A DNA stretch of 64,000 bases, taken from Cyanophora paradoxa CCMP329 (taxonomy: Eukaryota > Plantae > Glaucophyta). A model generated the notes under the pieces. The model was not told the DNA's origin, made no database searches, and was given only the letters and a program-made list of their open reading frames with translations. The position numbers were made by a program, and so were the translations under genes. Of the stretch, positions 25,401 through 36,476 are shown piece by piece (the stretch's first letter is position 1; each line of letters opens with the position of its first letter). The stretch is from NCBI GenBank assembly GCA_004431415.1, contig QPMI01000039.1:186001-250000 (forward strand), read 5' to 3'.

Positions 25401-28400
25401 TTGGCCGTCGCCTCCTGCATGCGGTGCAGGCCGACCACCAGGCGCCCCGCCGCCGCCGCCGACGACGCCGCCGCGTTCGCCGCCCGCGAGGGCGTCGTGA
25501 CCTTCGCAGGGAAGAATGGGAAACCGGGGAGGGGATGCGAGGAGGGGATGCCGGCGCGGACCTCGCCGATGCGGATGGCGACGCCGGGGGGCTCCGGGAT
25601 GTGGATGTCGAAGCACTCGAACTGCACAAACATCACTCAGACGCAGCAGACGCGGGAGGGCGGGTCGGGCGAGGGCGGGTCCGGCGGGGGCGGGCCTTCT
25701 TGATGGCGGGGTCGTTGCCGTCGAGGGTGACGCAGGCGAGGAGCTCCGTCCCCGCGCCGTACGCCGTCGCGTTGATGCGGATCTTGATCGTCTGCTTCTT
25801 CTTCGAGGTGATCGTGCCCTGCATAGCGGATCGAACTTAAGCTTCAACACTGAGGGATCGAACTAGGCTATCCAATAGATCAAGGAGAAGATAATCATCG
25901 ACATTAAGAGATCATGGAGAGAATACAGGTCGAGCGCACCGACGTTAGGTCGATGTACTCGACGACCTTGTCGGCGGGCGGGTCCCGCTTGTCCGTCAGC
26001 CCGACCTTGTCGGCCCAGGGCGTCGCCAGGCGCGGCTTGTTCGACGTCACTTGCAGCTGCGGGGCGGGGCGGGGCAGACGGCGGCGGGCGGGGCGCTCAG
26101 AAATCAAAGGACCCGATGCAAACAGCAGAGGCCAGGGCATATGCATATGTACCGTGTCGGGGTAGGCCTTCCACCAAATCGAGTGCTGGAAACGTTCGAA
26201 TCAGTCGAAGAGCTCGAGGAAAATCGCGATCAATATCGAGCGCCACAGCGCACCTCCTCGTTGTTGATGATCGTCTTGGTGATGACCACCTGCGGGTCGG
26301 GGCGGGGCGGCGTCAACGGAACGAAGAGAGGAAGCGCGGCAGGGCTCCGCGGGCCTCCTCGCCGATGGGCACGACGAGCGACGCGCCGCCGACGATGTCG
26401 ATGAGCTTGTTGTCTGCGCCCCGGTAGTTGACCTGGTCGCGGGTGGCACTCTTAAGCTTAAGAGCGCGCGGCGATCGCGAGGCGACGTCGAGGCGGAGGG
26501 AGGGGCCGGCGGGCCTTGACGGCGGACTTGCGCTGGTCGGACTTGGACGGGAACCAGCTTTCCTCGTCAGCTTTGTCCCGCTCTACCGGCGTCGCGACCT
26601 GCCGAGCCCGCACTAAGAAAACCAGCGGCACAAGACAAGCAGCTAGCGCTGTGAAAAGCAAGCGGGCAGGCCTGGGAGAAGTGGATGTTGAAGGGGATGG
26701 CGGGGTTGTGCGGGTCCGTCGTGACGAAGGAGAAGCGGGGGCGCAGGAAGGCCCCCACGTTGCCCTTCTGGCGCCTGCCCAGCCCGCGCGCGCGCTGTCG
26801 GCCACAAAGCCGTGCGCACGCGGAACGATACGAAAGGGAGCGCACGTGAGCGACTCGGCGGCGTGGGGGACCTGGGGTCGAATGTAAGACAGGAAATCGG
26901 AGGAAATCGGTGGGAAATCAGAGATCTAGAGCGAGGACGGACCATCTGGAAGCGGACGGCGCGGGTGCCGAAGGGCTCGAGCTCGCCCGCGAGCGCCTCG
27001 AAGACGATCAAATTCACCGACCGCTGCGTCACCCTGGAGCAGCCGAGGCGTCACAGGCGTCACAGAAAGAAAGAGAGGGGGTGCGCGCGCGCCCTTCCAT
27101 GTTCTTCATGGGGGGGCCGAGGTCTGGGATCGCCGCGATGGTCCACGAGAAGGGGCGCGAGGCTGACGGGCGACGCCGGCGGACGGACGAAGCGAAGTTA
27201 AGAATTCGAAGTGAAGAATTCGAAGGGAGGGGCGGGGGCACCGGTGTTGGTGATGATGATCTGCTCGGCGGCGGTGTCCACGAAGGCGTTCGCCACGCTC
27301 ATGCCCACCGGGTTCTGCCAAGTAAATCAAAGTTGAAGTCAGGCAGGCAGAGCAGACCGAGCGCGAAGGGCGGGATGGGAGGGCCGCCCGCGGGACACGC
27401 ACCAGCTCGAGGAACCAGTGGCGGTAGCCGCGGAGGCCCGGGTCGTTACTAGAGATCAGATCAAATCAGAGGCAGGACGGGCAAAGGAGGAGGAGGAGGA
27501 CGGAGGAGACGCGCCTGTTGACGAAGTACCAGGAGCAGAGGTTCGGGAAGCGGCCCGAGCCGAACGAGAGCGCCGGCGGCTCGCCGTCCTCGTCAAAGTC
27601 CGAACCGTAGAAGTCCTCCTCCTAATCAAACGTAAACAGAAGTGAGAAGAAGCTCAACTGCACTCTATCAGCCAAGTCTCAGATGTAAGAAGAAGCTCCA
27701 TAGAACTTCATGTTGCATGCAAGCACACATATGATAGGTAAGAAGAAGCTCTATAGAACTCTATAGAACTCTATAGGTGAGAAGGAGCTCTACAGAGGCA
27801 TAAGATAGGAAGAAGCTCTAGAGAACTCTGTCAAATAAGCCTATCAGGGACCTCGTCGAAGTACTCGTCGTCGTAGATGCCGCTGGCGTTGAAGCGGAGG
27901 GTGACCGTCGCCTCCTCGCCGGCCTTGAGCGAACCCGAGGTCGGCTCCATGGCGAAGCACGGCTGGCCCCCGATCTGCCGCGGCTGCACCACCGGCGTCG
28001 CCTCCCACCTAAGCTCTCTCTCTCTCAGCTTTAGCTTGAGATTTCGTTCGATGTAGGCACCAGATCTCGTCCTTGCCGTTGTTCTTGAGGAACTCCTTGA
28101 CGACCTTCGACTGGCCGTAGTCCATACGCGCCTTGCAGAGCTCCCACCTGGCGCGCCGTTGAGAGGAGGCAGGGAGAAAGGCGCCCGGGCCGAAAGAGCG
28201 CACCGGGCGCGCATGGCGCCGTCCGAGTCCTGGTACGAATCTGCGCGGGGGCATTTCTCAGAGGGGGGGGAGAAGCGAAGGAAGGGGGTACCGGAGATGA
28301 AGCTGTCCTCGGCGAGCTTCGCCGCGCTTGCGGGCTGGGCCGTGCTGGCCACGGCGGTCGTCGCCGCAGCCGCCGCGGAGCCGGAGCCGGCGGGGGCGGG

Positions 28401-30633
28401 GCGGCCGGGGAAGGGCAGGGCGGAGCCGGAGGAGCCCGGGGGCAGCTTGGGCTTCAGGTAGTTCGCGAAGTTGTTGGCGACGCGGAGGTCCGCCACCACG
28501 ACGCAGCCGACCGAAAACTGCGCGCCGCGGCGCTCGGGCCGGGCCGGGCGGGGAGGGGAGGGTGTGCGGGGCCGGGGAGGGATGGGGCGGGGTACCGTGA
28601 TCTCGGGGGCCAGCGTGTTGTTGAGCTCCAGCTTCAGGTTCGCGCGGCACTTGCCTGCGGGCGGAGGGCCGGGCTCGACTCGGGGCGCCGCCGCGCCGCG
28701 CCGCGCCGCGCGGGCGGGCGGGCGGACCGAAGCAGCCCTCCTGGGGCCAGGCGCTTATCCATATGTCCTGCCTCGACCTGTGGGGGGTACCGGCGCGATC
28801 GGCGACGGGGGTACACGCCACGGCGCTCGGGCCCGCGCACCCGGCGGGGACGACACCCTCGTACGCGTCGGCCTCAAGCCAGTCTGAGATGGGGGGAGGG
28901 TACGTCAGGGGTACACGAAAGGGTAACTGGGGGCAAGGGGGGTACCCATGCACTGCTGGCCACTGTCGTCGGGTAGCACGTAGAGGCGCCACGAGTACCA
29001 GTTCGTGTCCGTGTTCGTCTGCGTCGCAGCGGGGTACGGGGTAAGCGGTAAGCGCATTTAGATCGGACGGGAAGGGGGGTACGCGGCGCACGAGGGAAAC
29101 GTTCGCCTGGTTGCGGTTGTCGACCGTGACGAACCTGCGCGGGCGGCGCTCGGGATCCGGGCAGGGCGAGGGATCGAATGCCGCCGGGGAGGTTTCGTCG
29201 CGCACCACTGCCCCATTGCGTTCGCGCCCTGCAGCTGCACGCCGTACTCCCGCGACCAGAGGTCCCCTGCCCGCCCATCCGTCAGATCCGAAGCTCGCCG
29301 CACGTACCCCCTATCCATGCCCCCCCCCCCCCCCCCCCCCCGGCCCCCCCCTCTCCAGCGCTCACCGGCGGAGCGGACGATGCGGACGCGGTACGAGTCG
29401 TGGTCGCTCAGGACGGGATCGTTCGCCTCAGTGTAGGTCCCCACCTGCGCGCGCGCCGGCGTTAAGCTGTAGTCGACTCTATAGTAAGCTATCTGCCGGG
29501 ATGCGAACCGTGAAGGTCTCGGGCCACTCGTGGGACATGAGGTTCCCGTTGAAGATCATGGCTGGGGGGAGGGGGGTACCAGCGTCAGCGCGGCGAGAAG
29601 GGAGTGGGTCAGGGGTACGCACTGATCTCCTCGCAGAGACCCGGCCTGGAGAGGGAGGGGGGGATGGATCACAGGGGAAAGAGATGAGGGTGGCATGGGG
29701 GGTACGCATGCGCACCGGACGCGGCCCTCCCACGGGCTCTGAGAGTAGATCGAGGCGAGCTCTGGGGGTACCGCGCGCATGAGCGAGCGGGGCGCGGCGG
29801 GGCCCGCGCGGCGCGCGGGGGCGCACCGCGCTGCTCGCGGGACCCCGAGAGCGTGGTCCTGAACCATATCACCTGCTTCCCGCAGTTGCAGATCGACTTG
29901 TCGTAGCGCTTGACCTGCGGGCGGGTGCAAGTGAGCGGCCGCGGCTTGCGCGGCCCGCGGGGCGGGGCCCGGTGCACCTCGCCGGGCTTCAGGTCGAACC
30001 CGCGGAGCGAGGGCATCCACTTCCCCTTCTCGTCGCGCACATCTGCGGCAAGCCGGCGGGCGGCGCGGCTCAGTGGCTCGCTCGCTCAGCTGAAAACGGC
30101 GCGGCACGCCGGGTGCGCACCGATCAGCACCTGTGGATGGCCGAATCAGTGGCGCCGGGCGCGAGCGGGGCGGCGCGGCGCGGCGACGGGGGCGCACGCT
30201 GGAGACGTAGCCGGGGTCTCCCGTTAGCTCCTTGCACAGGTTGAAAGCCTTCTCCTTCTTCCTCCGCTCGCTGCCGAACATCCCCTGCAGCCGCGCCCGC
30301 ATTTGCATGAGCCGCGCTAGTGCGAGGCGCTGCAACGAGGCGGCGGACCGTTGACATCGTTATTGTGAATATACCTGGCCGCGCAGGCGTTCGGGCGTCA
30401 GCGGGGCGCGCAGGAGGCGTGTACGGGTCGCGCGGTTGCCCCCGCGGTCCGGTGCGTATCGACGGCTCGGCTCGTGCGCGTTTCGATAGCTTAGCTAAAG
30501 AGCGCTCGCCGCCAGCCCGACCAGTGGCGCGGCTGCGGCTGGCGCGGTTGGCCGACGCACCGAGCACGAAAAAGATGACCACGGTAGCGCCGACGATGCG
30601 TTCCCGCGACCGCGGGCCCGTCGTCGTCCTCAT
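16454..30633 (-). CDS. Very large intron-rich protein with an N-terminal signal anchor and several Ig-like/PapD/ASH/BACON-type beta-sandwich modules; internally duplicated
   Basis: ATG 30633 MRTTTGPRSRERIVGATVVIFFVLG (hydrophobic). Recurring module motifs: MEPTSGSLKAGEEATVTLRFNA, LAGELEPFGTRAVRFQM, GTITSKKKQTIKIRINA, HAGTLEPSASKEIEIALDS, TSGAIEPESVTDLPF, with matching (T)TDPHNP / DGNDPA / ETSDPAHP turns. Ends GFDGRPR*. Confidence 0.6.
19311..19420. repeat. Intronic short tandem repeat (ctgtcagaaggcttcgacatatg-like); also at ~25207-25315
   Basis: The aaggcttcgacatatg core recurs about 4 times. Confidence 0.8.
21745..21930. repeat. AT-rich intronic degenerate repeat (agaagaagctctatagaactct); also at ~27645-27830
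   Basis: agaagaagctc and tatagaactc motifs recur. Confidence 0.7.
24323..30200 (+). repeat. Copy 2 of the ~5.87-kb direct tandem duplication
   Basis: Same termini as copy 1. The differences noticed are single-base indels in G/C runs. Confidence 0.97.
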
Positions 30634-30785
30634 CCCCGCGGCCTGTCGTCCGCCAGCTCGGTTGCAGCTCCGACGCGGGGGGTATACGTAGATTGGTTGT
30701 CAAGCGAAGGCGGCCAACTACAATTGGCGGCCACGGGAGCGCCGTGGGGGCGCGTGGGAGACCGCTGGTGACCTTTCCTGGTCGC

Positions 30786-32799
30786 GATGCGGCCCGCCCG
30801 GCCCCCTTCCTCTTCCTCGCCCTCCTCGCGTGCGCGGCCTGCGCCGTGCGCGCCCAGCAGGCCGAGGGAAGCTGGGATCTGGTGCTGACGACGTTCGCGT
30901 GCGTCCTGTTCCACTGCGCGCGAGATCTGCTCTGAGGCGGGGCGTAGGAATGACAACTTGGTCGCGAGGGCCAACGCTTCGAGGCCGGACGCCACGGCGC
31001 TCGATCTATTCATCGTCAGCCTGCGGCGGCACGCGCCTCGTACGCGCACTCCTCGCCGGCGCTTACTGAACCTCGCGCCTGTTCTGCCCCTGACGCGCGT
31101 CCTGCGCAGGCGAGCGCGTCGAAATCCTCGTCTTCGTCGACACGGAGAACGACGAGGTCGTGCGGGCCCGCGCGCGGGAGTACGGGATCAAGGTCGTCAG
31201 CTACGACCTGGAGAGCTCGCCCACGCTGCAGCCGTTCCACGTCACGATGTACCGCTACGCCCTCTACCAGTACCTGCTGACCCGCCTTTACGCCGGCGAG
31301 CGCAACGACCTGCCCGACGCCGCGCGCCTTCGATACAGTCCGCCCACCTCCTCCGCGTCCGCCCTCGCGTAGTCCTCAGACTTCATGCGCAGTCCTCCTC
31401 GCGGACGTGAGGGACGTGGTGTTCCAGGGGGACCCCTTCGACGCGTACGAGCGGGCGGCGCGCATGGCGCCGACGCGGGCCCGCGAGCGCCTCGGCGTGG
31501 CGATGGAGAGCGTCCGGTACGACGCGGCCACCATCGGCGCCTGCCCGCACAACGTGCGCCCGCCCGCGCTCGATCCCGCCGGGCCCGGCCGGCTGACGCC
31601 GAAGCCTTCCGATCCGGCCCGCAGCGCGCCTGGATCCAGATGTGCTACCCCGCATTCCGGACCTCGGTACCCGTCTCGCTCTACTCAAACCCCATTTCCT
31701 GCTCGGGAACGACCCTCGGTGCGCCCCGCCGGATTCGATCCCGGGGCCCTTCGAATGCGCGAGCGAGCGAGCGGGCCGCAGGCACAGCGGCCGCCGTCGC
31801 TGCCTACATCGATGCCGTCGTCCGAGAGACCGCAAGGACGACCTGCAGGTCCGGTACCCCCGCTCTCAACCCCGCCCGTCACAGGCCAGGGCGCTCAAAC
31901 GGAGCGCAGCTGCCACGGGCACGACCAGGCGATCCACAACGTGCGCGCGTACCCCCCTTTCTTCCCGCACCCCGTCCCGCTCTGACTGTACCCCCCTCCC
32001 CAGGTCCTTCTCTGGCGCAACCTGACGGACGTGCGGAGCGCGGGCTGGTGGCCCCTGCCCGAGCCCGGTGCGGGGCCGCCTCCCCCAAGCCAGCTCGACC
32101 TTAGAAGACGGCATGCGCAGAGGCGGGGGCGCCGCTGCTCTACGTGGACGTCTTGTGGGCCGAGTCCAGCTTCGTGGGCACCCTCGCCAAGGTGCCGACA
32201 AAAGCATCTAGATCGCTGGCGTCTGTTATATGATCTTTAGACTCTGGAGTCTGATCTCTAGGTCATAAGAGGTCATCTAGATCTCTCTAGATCTAGATCT
32301 CTGGCACGCTCTCCGAGGTGCTCGAAACAGGCTAGCCTTTTCGCGGACGGCCAACTGGACCTTCGCGAGCTCGGCCAAAGCGCCAGGCCCCCTAGACTCC
32401 GGATTTTATTATACGATGTTTACAACGACCACCTTGAGCTCGGGGCCAGAGCGCCGGCCCCCGAGTCCCCTCCTCCTCCTCGTCCTCCCCCTCCCCGCCC
32501 CCGGCCCTGAAGCCGCGCAGATCCCGCCGGGGGCGCTGCGGCTCGACGACGCCGGCCGCCTCCTCAACGAGCGCCTCGAGCCGTACGCCGTCGTCCACCA
32601 GGTGGGGGGGGGGGGAGTGGGGGGGTACCGGCCCCTCCCCGAAGTCTCCTGATCGCGCCGGCGCCGGTGGCGGTACCCCCCGCAGTACGACCGGCACCCG
32701 GACCTCGCGGAGCACTTCCTGCGGGCGAACCTCGGCCTGGACCCGGGGCACATCGATCCGGGCGGCGCGGGCGGATCGAATCTCATCGGCGCGATTTGA
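30786..32799 (+). CDS. Putative GT-A fold (nucleotide-diphospho-sugar) glycosyltransferase-like protein with signal peptide/anchor
   Basis: PFLFLALLACAACAVRA leader (ATG 30786 is one base out of frame, probable error). Motifs YRYALYQYLL, VLLADVRDVVFQGDPF (DxxD), IGACPHN..WIQMC, PISCSGTTLG, HDQAIHN, AVVHQ/YDRH. Stop TGA at 32797-32799. Confidence 0.7.
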
Positions 32800-33159
32800 T
32801 CCGCACGATCGCGAGCCCCGAATCCAGCCTAGCGGCTATTCTCTCTCGGATGAGCCGCCCGCAGCCTAGTGCTCGTCTTCGCAGCCTAGTGCTCGTTTTC
32901 CACTGTGCTGACTTTCTCTAGATTTGAGCATGCCGGCGCCGCGACTTTCTCCTTTGCTTTGAATTCGTTCATTCTCAATGAATTCGAATAGTTTCTTCCG
33001 AACGTACGCGTGTCTCATAGTCTAGTCCTCCTCGCGCGCTAGCCTTCTCCGCATCGCCCACCTGTCTTCGCCCTAGCTAGCGCTAGTCCTCTCGAGCTCC
33101 ATCGCTTCGAATTCGACGCTCCCCGCGGCCGGCCGCGGCCGTCCGACGGTCGCTAGGCC

Positions 33160-34862
33160 ATGCACAGATCGAATTCCGACCCGGGGAGAAGCCAGGGATA
33201 CTGCAAATCGGACGCAAAGCGGCGTATCTCGAGCTCAGGCAAGCGAATGGAGAAGCGCATCATGGCCGGCGGTGGCGGATCTGGGAACAAGCGACCCAAG
33301 AAGGCAGCTGACGTCACCGTCGGCCCGTCTTCATCGCGCTCCATCGGTACGCGCCCCCCGCGCTTGCCGCGGCGCTCCGGGCGCTGCGTAAACGCCATGT
33401 ACGAAGATTCTGGATCCCCCGAGTCCGTACGCTCCGATTCTGGCGACTCGGGACAGAGCCCGACCGTCCTGTCAAGTGGTCCGCAGCTCGCATTGCCTTC
33501 AGAATTCGCAGACGCGCGCGGCAATGGAAAACGCGGCTTCATCTCACGCATCGCGCGCGCAGCTGGCCCGGAGCCGTCGTTCGACGTGGCGTTGGCCCTT
33601 CGGACGTGCGCGCAGGGGACCATCAAGGCCTTTGCTCGCTTTGAGCTGAAGGATTTCAATGGCAATCGTCTGGTGAATCGCTACACGTTCTTCGAGCCCA
33701 TCGATCTGGCACCGTCGGGCGGCAAGCCCGCGCGCCTCGAGGGCCCGGAGAAGAAGGCGATCAAGCGAGCGTACCGCGTTGAGGCCACCGTACCGCCTGA
33801 GTGGAAGGAGGCCTGGCTTGGCATCCTCTCGCACGACGGTGAGCGCCCCAGCTGCGAAGCTTACGATCTCGAGCTCCGCTGCCGGCCACGGTTCCAGACA
33901 CTCACAAAGATCATGACTTGGCGCAGGCAAGCTCGCGCCGAACGGGGTATCGCGCGCCTACTTCAACAACCAGCAATACCGCCCAGGCCAGCCTCCGTCG
34001 GTCGAGCTGGACGAAGCGCAGAAGCAGCCCGCCGACCTCGCGCCGCCCGTCGCTGAGATTGCGAACGGGCGCGCCACGTTCGACGTCTGCTTCCGTGCAG
34101 GCGGCCAATACAGTCTCATCGTCGTGGGCTCGTGCGGCGGGAATGCTCCGGGGAGCCGCGTCGGCCCCCGCGTCAAGCTCGTCCAAGGCGACCGTGAGTG
34201 CCCGAGTCTTCCCTCCTCGTCCTCCTACTCTTCTGACAGCTCGCGGTCGGCAGCGCACAAGCTTCTTAAGGACCAGCTGCAGGCATCTCGGAAGCTGCAG
34301 GAGGCGCCGCCGCCGCCGCAGGAGCAGGAGCGGGAGCCGCAACAGCAGCAGCAGGCGCAGCAGGCACGCGCCCAGCAGCTACATCTGAGCGAGGTACCGG
34401 TGCGTTTTCTGTGTCCGCTAATTTCCGATCCTCTGCGCCTGCAGCTGCTGACTCCGAATGTCACAGGCTTCGTCTTCTGGCCTCGGTGACCCCGAGCTCC
34501 CCAGCGACCTCTTTTTCGAACTCGGGCTCCCCGCATCTACAGGGGACTCGCAATCTGGATTCGTGCGTTCATCCTGCTGCCGCTGTTTCGCGACGCATCC
34601 ACTCACGACGATTGTGCAGCAGCAAACTCACGCCGGTCAATGCCCTGACTCAAGTGCCGGACAACCTCTCTTACTCGACCCTAACTTCGACATCGTGAGC
34701 GATTCCTGCCGCTGGTGATGCCGCTGTACTGAGGCCGAGCAGGCGGGTATTGGGGACCCACCGCAGCAGAGCGACAGCCGGCAGGACCCCGGCCCCACCG
34801 CGATGGCTTTGTTTGGCGTCACCAGACTCGGTGAACAGGCAGCAGCCCATACGACGGAATAA
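33160..34862 (+). CDS. Uncharacterised nuclear-type protein (NLS, beta-rich domain, Q-rich tail)
   Basis: NKRPKK NLS-like motif; globular exons FDVALALRTCAQGTIKAFARFELKDFNG... and VAEIANGRATFDVCFRAGGQYSLIVVG; QQQQQAQQ tract; last exon ends AAAHTTE*. Start could be 33247. Confidence 0.55.
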
Positions 34863-34904
34863 ATTATACGCATCGGCATTAGACATCGCAGAGATAGAGA
34901 CATC

Positions 34905-35421
34905 GCAACAGCAGCATCTTCTTCAAATCAAAAGCGGCAGCGGCATCAAAATCAACAGCAATCGCGTCAGCAATACAACTGTGCTCCCAAGTTGACTCAG
35001 CGAGCTCCAGCATACAACGCACAAAGCAGATTATACTAGTACGTATTTATGCTAAGTCAGTAGTAATACGCCACAACGTATTACTACTGCCTTAGCATAA
35101 ATACGTACTAGTATACTAGTACAAGTAAATGAATAAAAACAATTATACCGCGTTAGATAAACAAGCATGAACAGCATCAACGGCAACAGCAGCAGCATTT
35201 TTCTCAAAGCAAAAGCGGCAGCGGCATCAATATCCACAAAGATCGCGCCAGCAATACAACTGTGCTCCCCAAGTTTGAGTCAGCGAGCTCCAGCATACAA
35301 TGCACACAGCAGATTATACTAGTACGTATTTATGCTAAGTCAGTAGTAATACGCCACAACGTATTACTACTGCCTTAGCATAAATACGTACTACTACGGT
35401 ACTAGTATACTAGTACTAGTA
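34905..35421. repeat. Two-copy ~283-bp AT-rich direct repeat, each copy ending in a long inverted repeat
   Basis: aaaagcggcagcggcatcaa...gcagattatactagtacgtatttatgctaagtcag occurs twice, 283 nt apart. Confidence 0.9.
35032..35115. other. Near-perfect hairpin: 39-bp arms, 1 mismatch, 6-nt loop ccacaa; second copy at 35320-35393
   Basis: tatactagtacgtatttatgctaagtcagtagtaatacg-ccacaa-cgtattactactgccttagcataaatacgtactagtata. Confidence 0.92.
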
Positions 35422-36476
35422 CATTTGTGCTTGACTGTATGCTGCACATTGCAAAGGATATTGCTTTTGATTTGTAATTATACACTCTGTGATCATGATG
35501 ACGAGCGGATTGTTCGGGCAGCATTCTAGGCCGCGGGCAGCATTAAATTCCAGCGCTACTACCGGGCTAGCTAGTACTTCTACTAGGCTAGGGGCGCGAG
35601 GGGTCTCTAGATAATCCGGAGCTCGAGGGGGTCTGGGGGGTGCCAAAAGAATACTAGTACTAGTACTAGTCGTTCGAATTCTCTAGATCTGAATTGGAAT
35701 GTGTGCAAAGTCTGCTGCATTCGTACACACTTGACAACAGTTCCCCGCTCCTCGCCGACCGGATACTGGGATGCTGACTGCAGGAGGGGATAGATGACAA
35801 GAGTGCTACAGCTACTAGTCGTGTCGAGCTGGTGCTTTAGCTGTAGTCTACCGAGTCACCTCCAGAACATAATATGTGCCGGTCCTCTAGCAGTGAGCCT
35901 GGCACAGTGAGCTGCACGGTCCAAGATGCCCGCTTGATGCCTCGTAATGCGTGGCCGTGGTGCGCTCTGTCCTATCTACTAATGGAGGAGGTGCGGTAGG
36001 AGGAAGGGGTCCGCAGTGTCGTCGTGCCCGTCGTCGCCGCCGCCGCTCGAAGTCCAGCTCCGACGCATGTGTGTGTCATTGCGATTGTGCGCCATCATGC
36101 CATGATGGCATAGCCGGGGCTATAGCTACAGTCTATCTATAGCTACTCTCTCTACTCTCTACTACTCTATAGGTTGTGCACAGATAAGGCGAGCAGGATG
36201 GCCATGCATATGCAAAAACTTGAAACCACGCGAGCTGGCCCAGTGGATCATGATCAAATCCGATGATCATGCATTTCTTTTCGAATCGAATACCCACAAA
36301 TACCCACAAAGCGCATTCCAGCTCACTGATGATGATCATGATCAAGATTTACGATTATCATATTATGGTCACCGATCCGTATGATAAAGACAGAATTGAC
36401 GAACCACGGACAGCCTGGCAGCATTCCGGTCTATCTACTCTAGATCTGAGGCTATGTAAAAACCACGCGAGTGGGA

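Noticed and set aside
35420-36420. Autonomous transposon or Helitron near the hairpins
   Set aside because: No transposase, Rep/helicase or RT motifs were recognised anywhere in the window.
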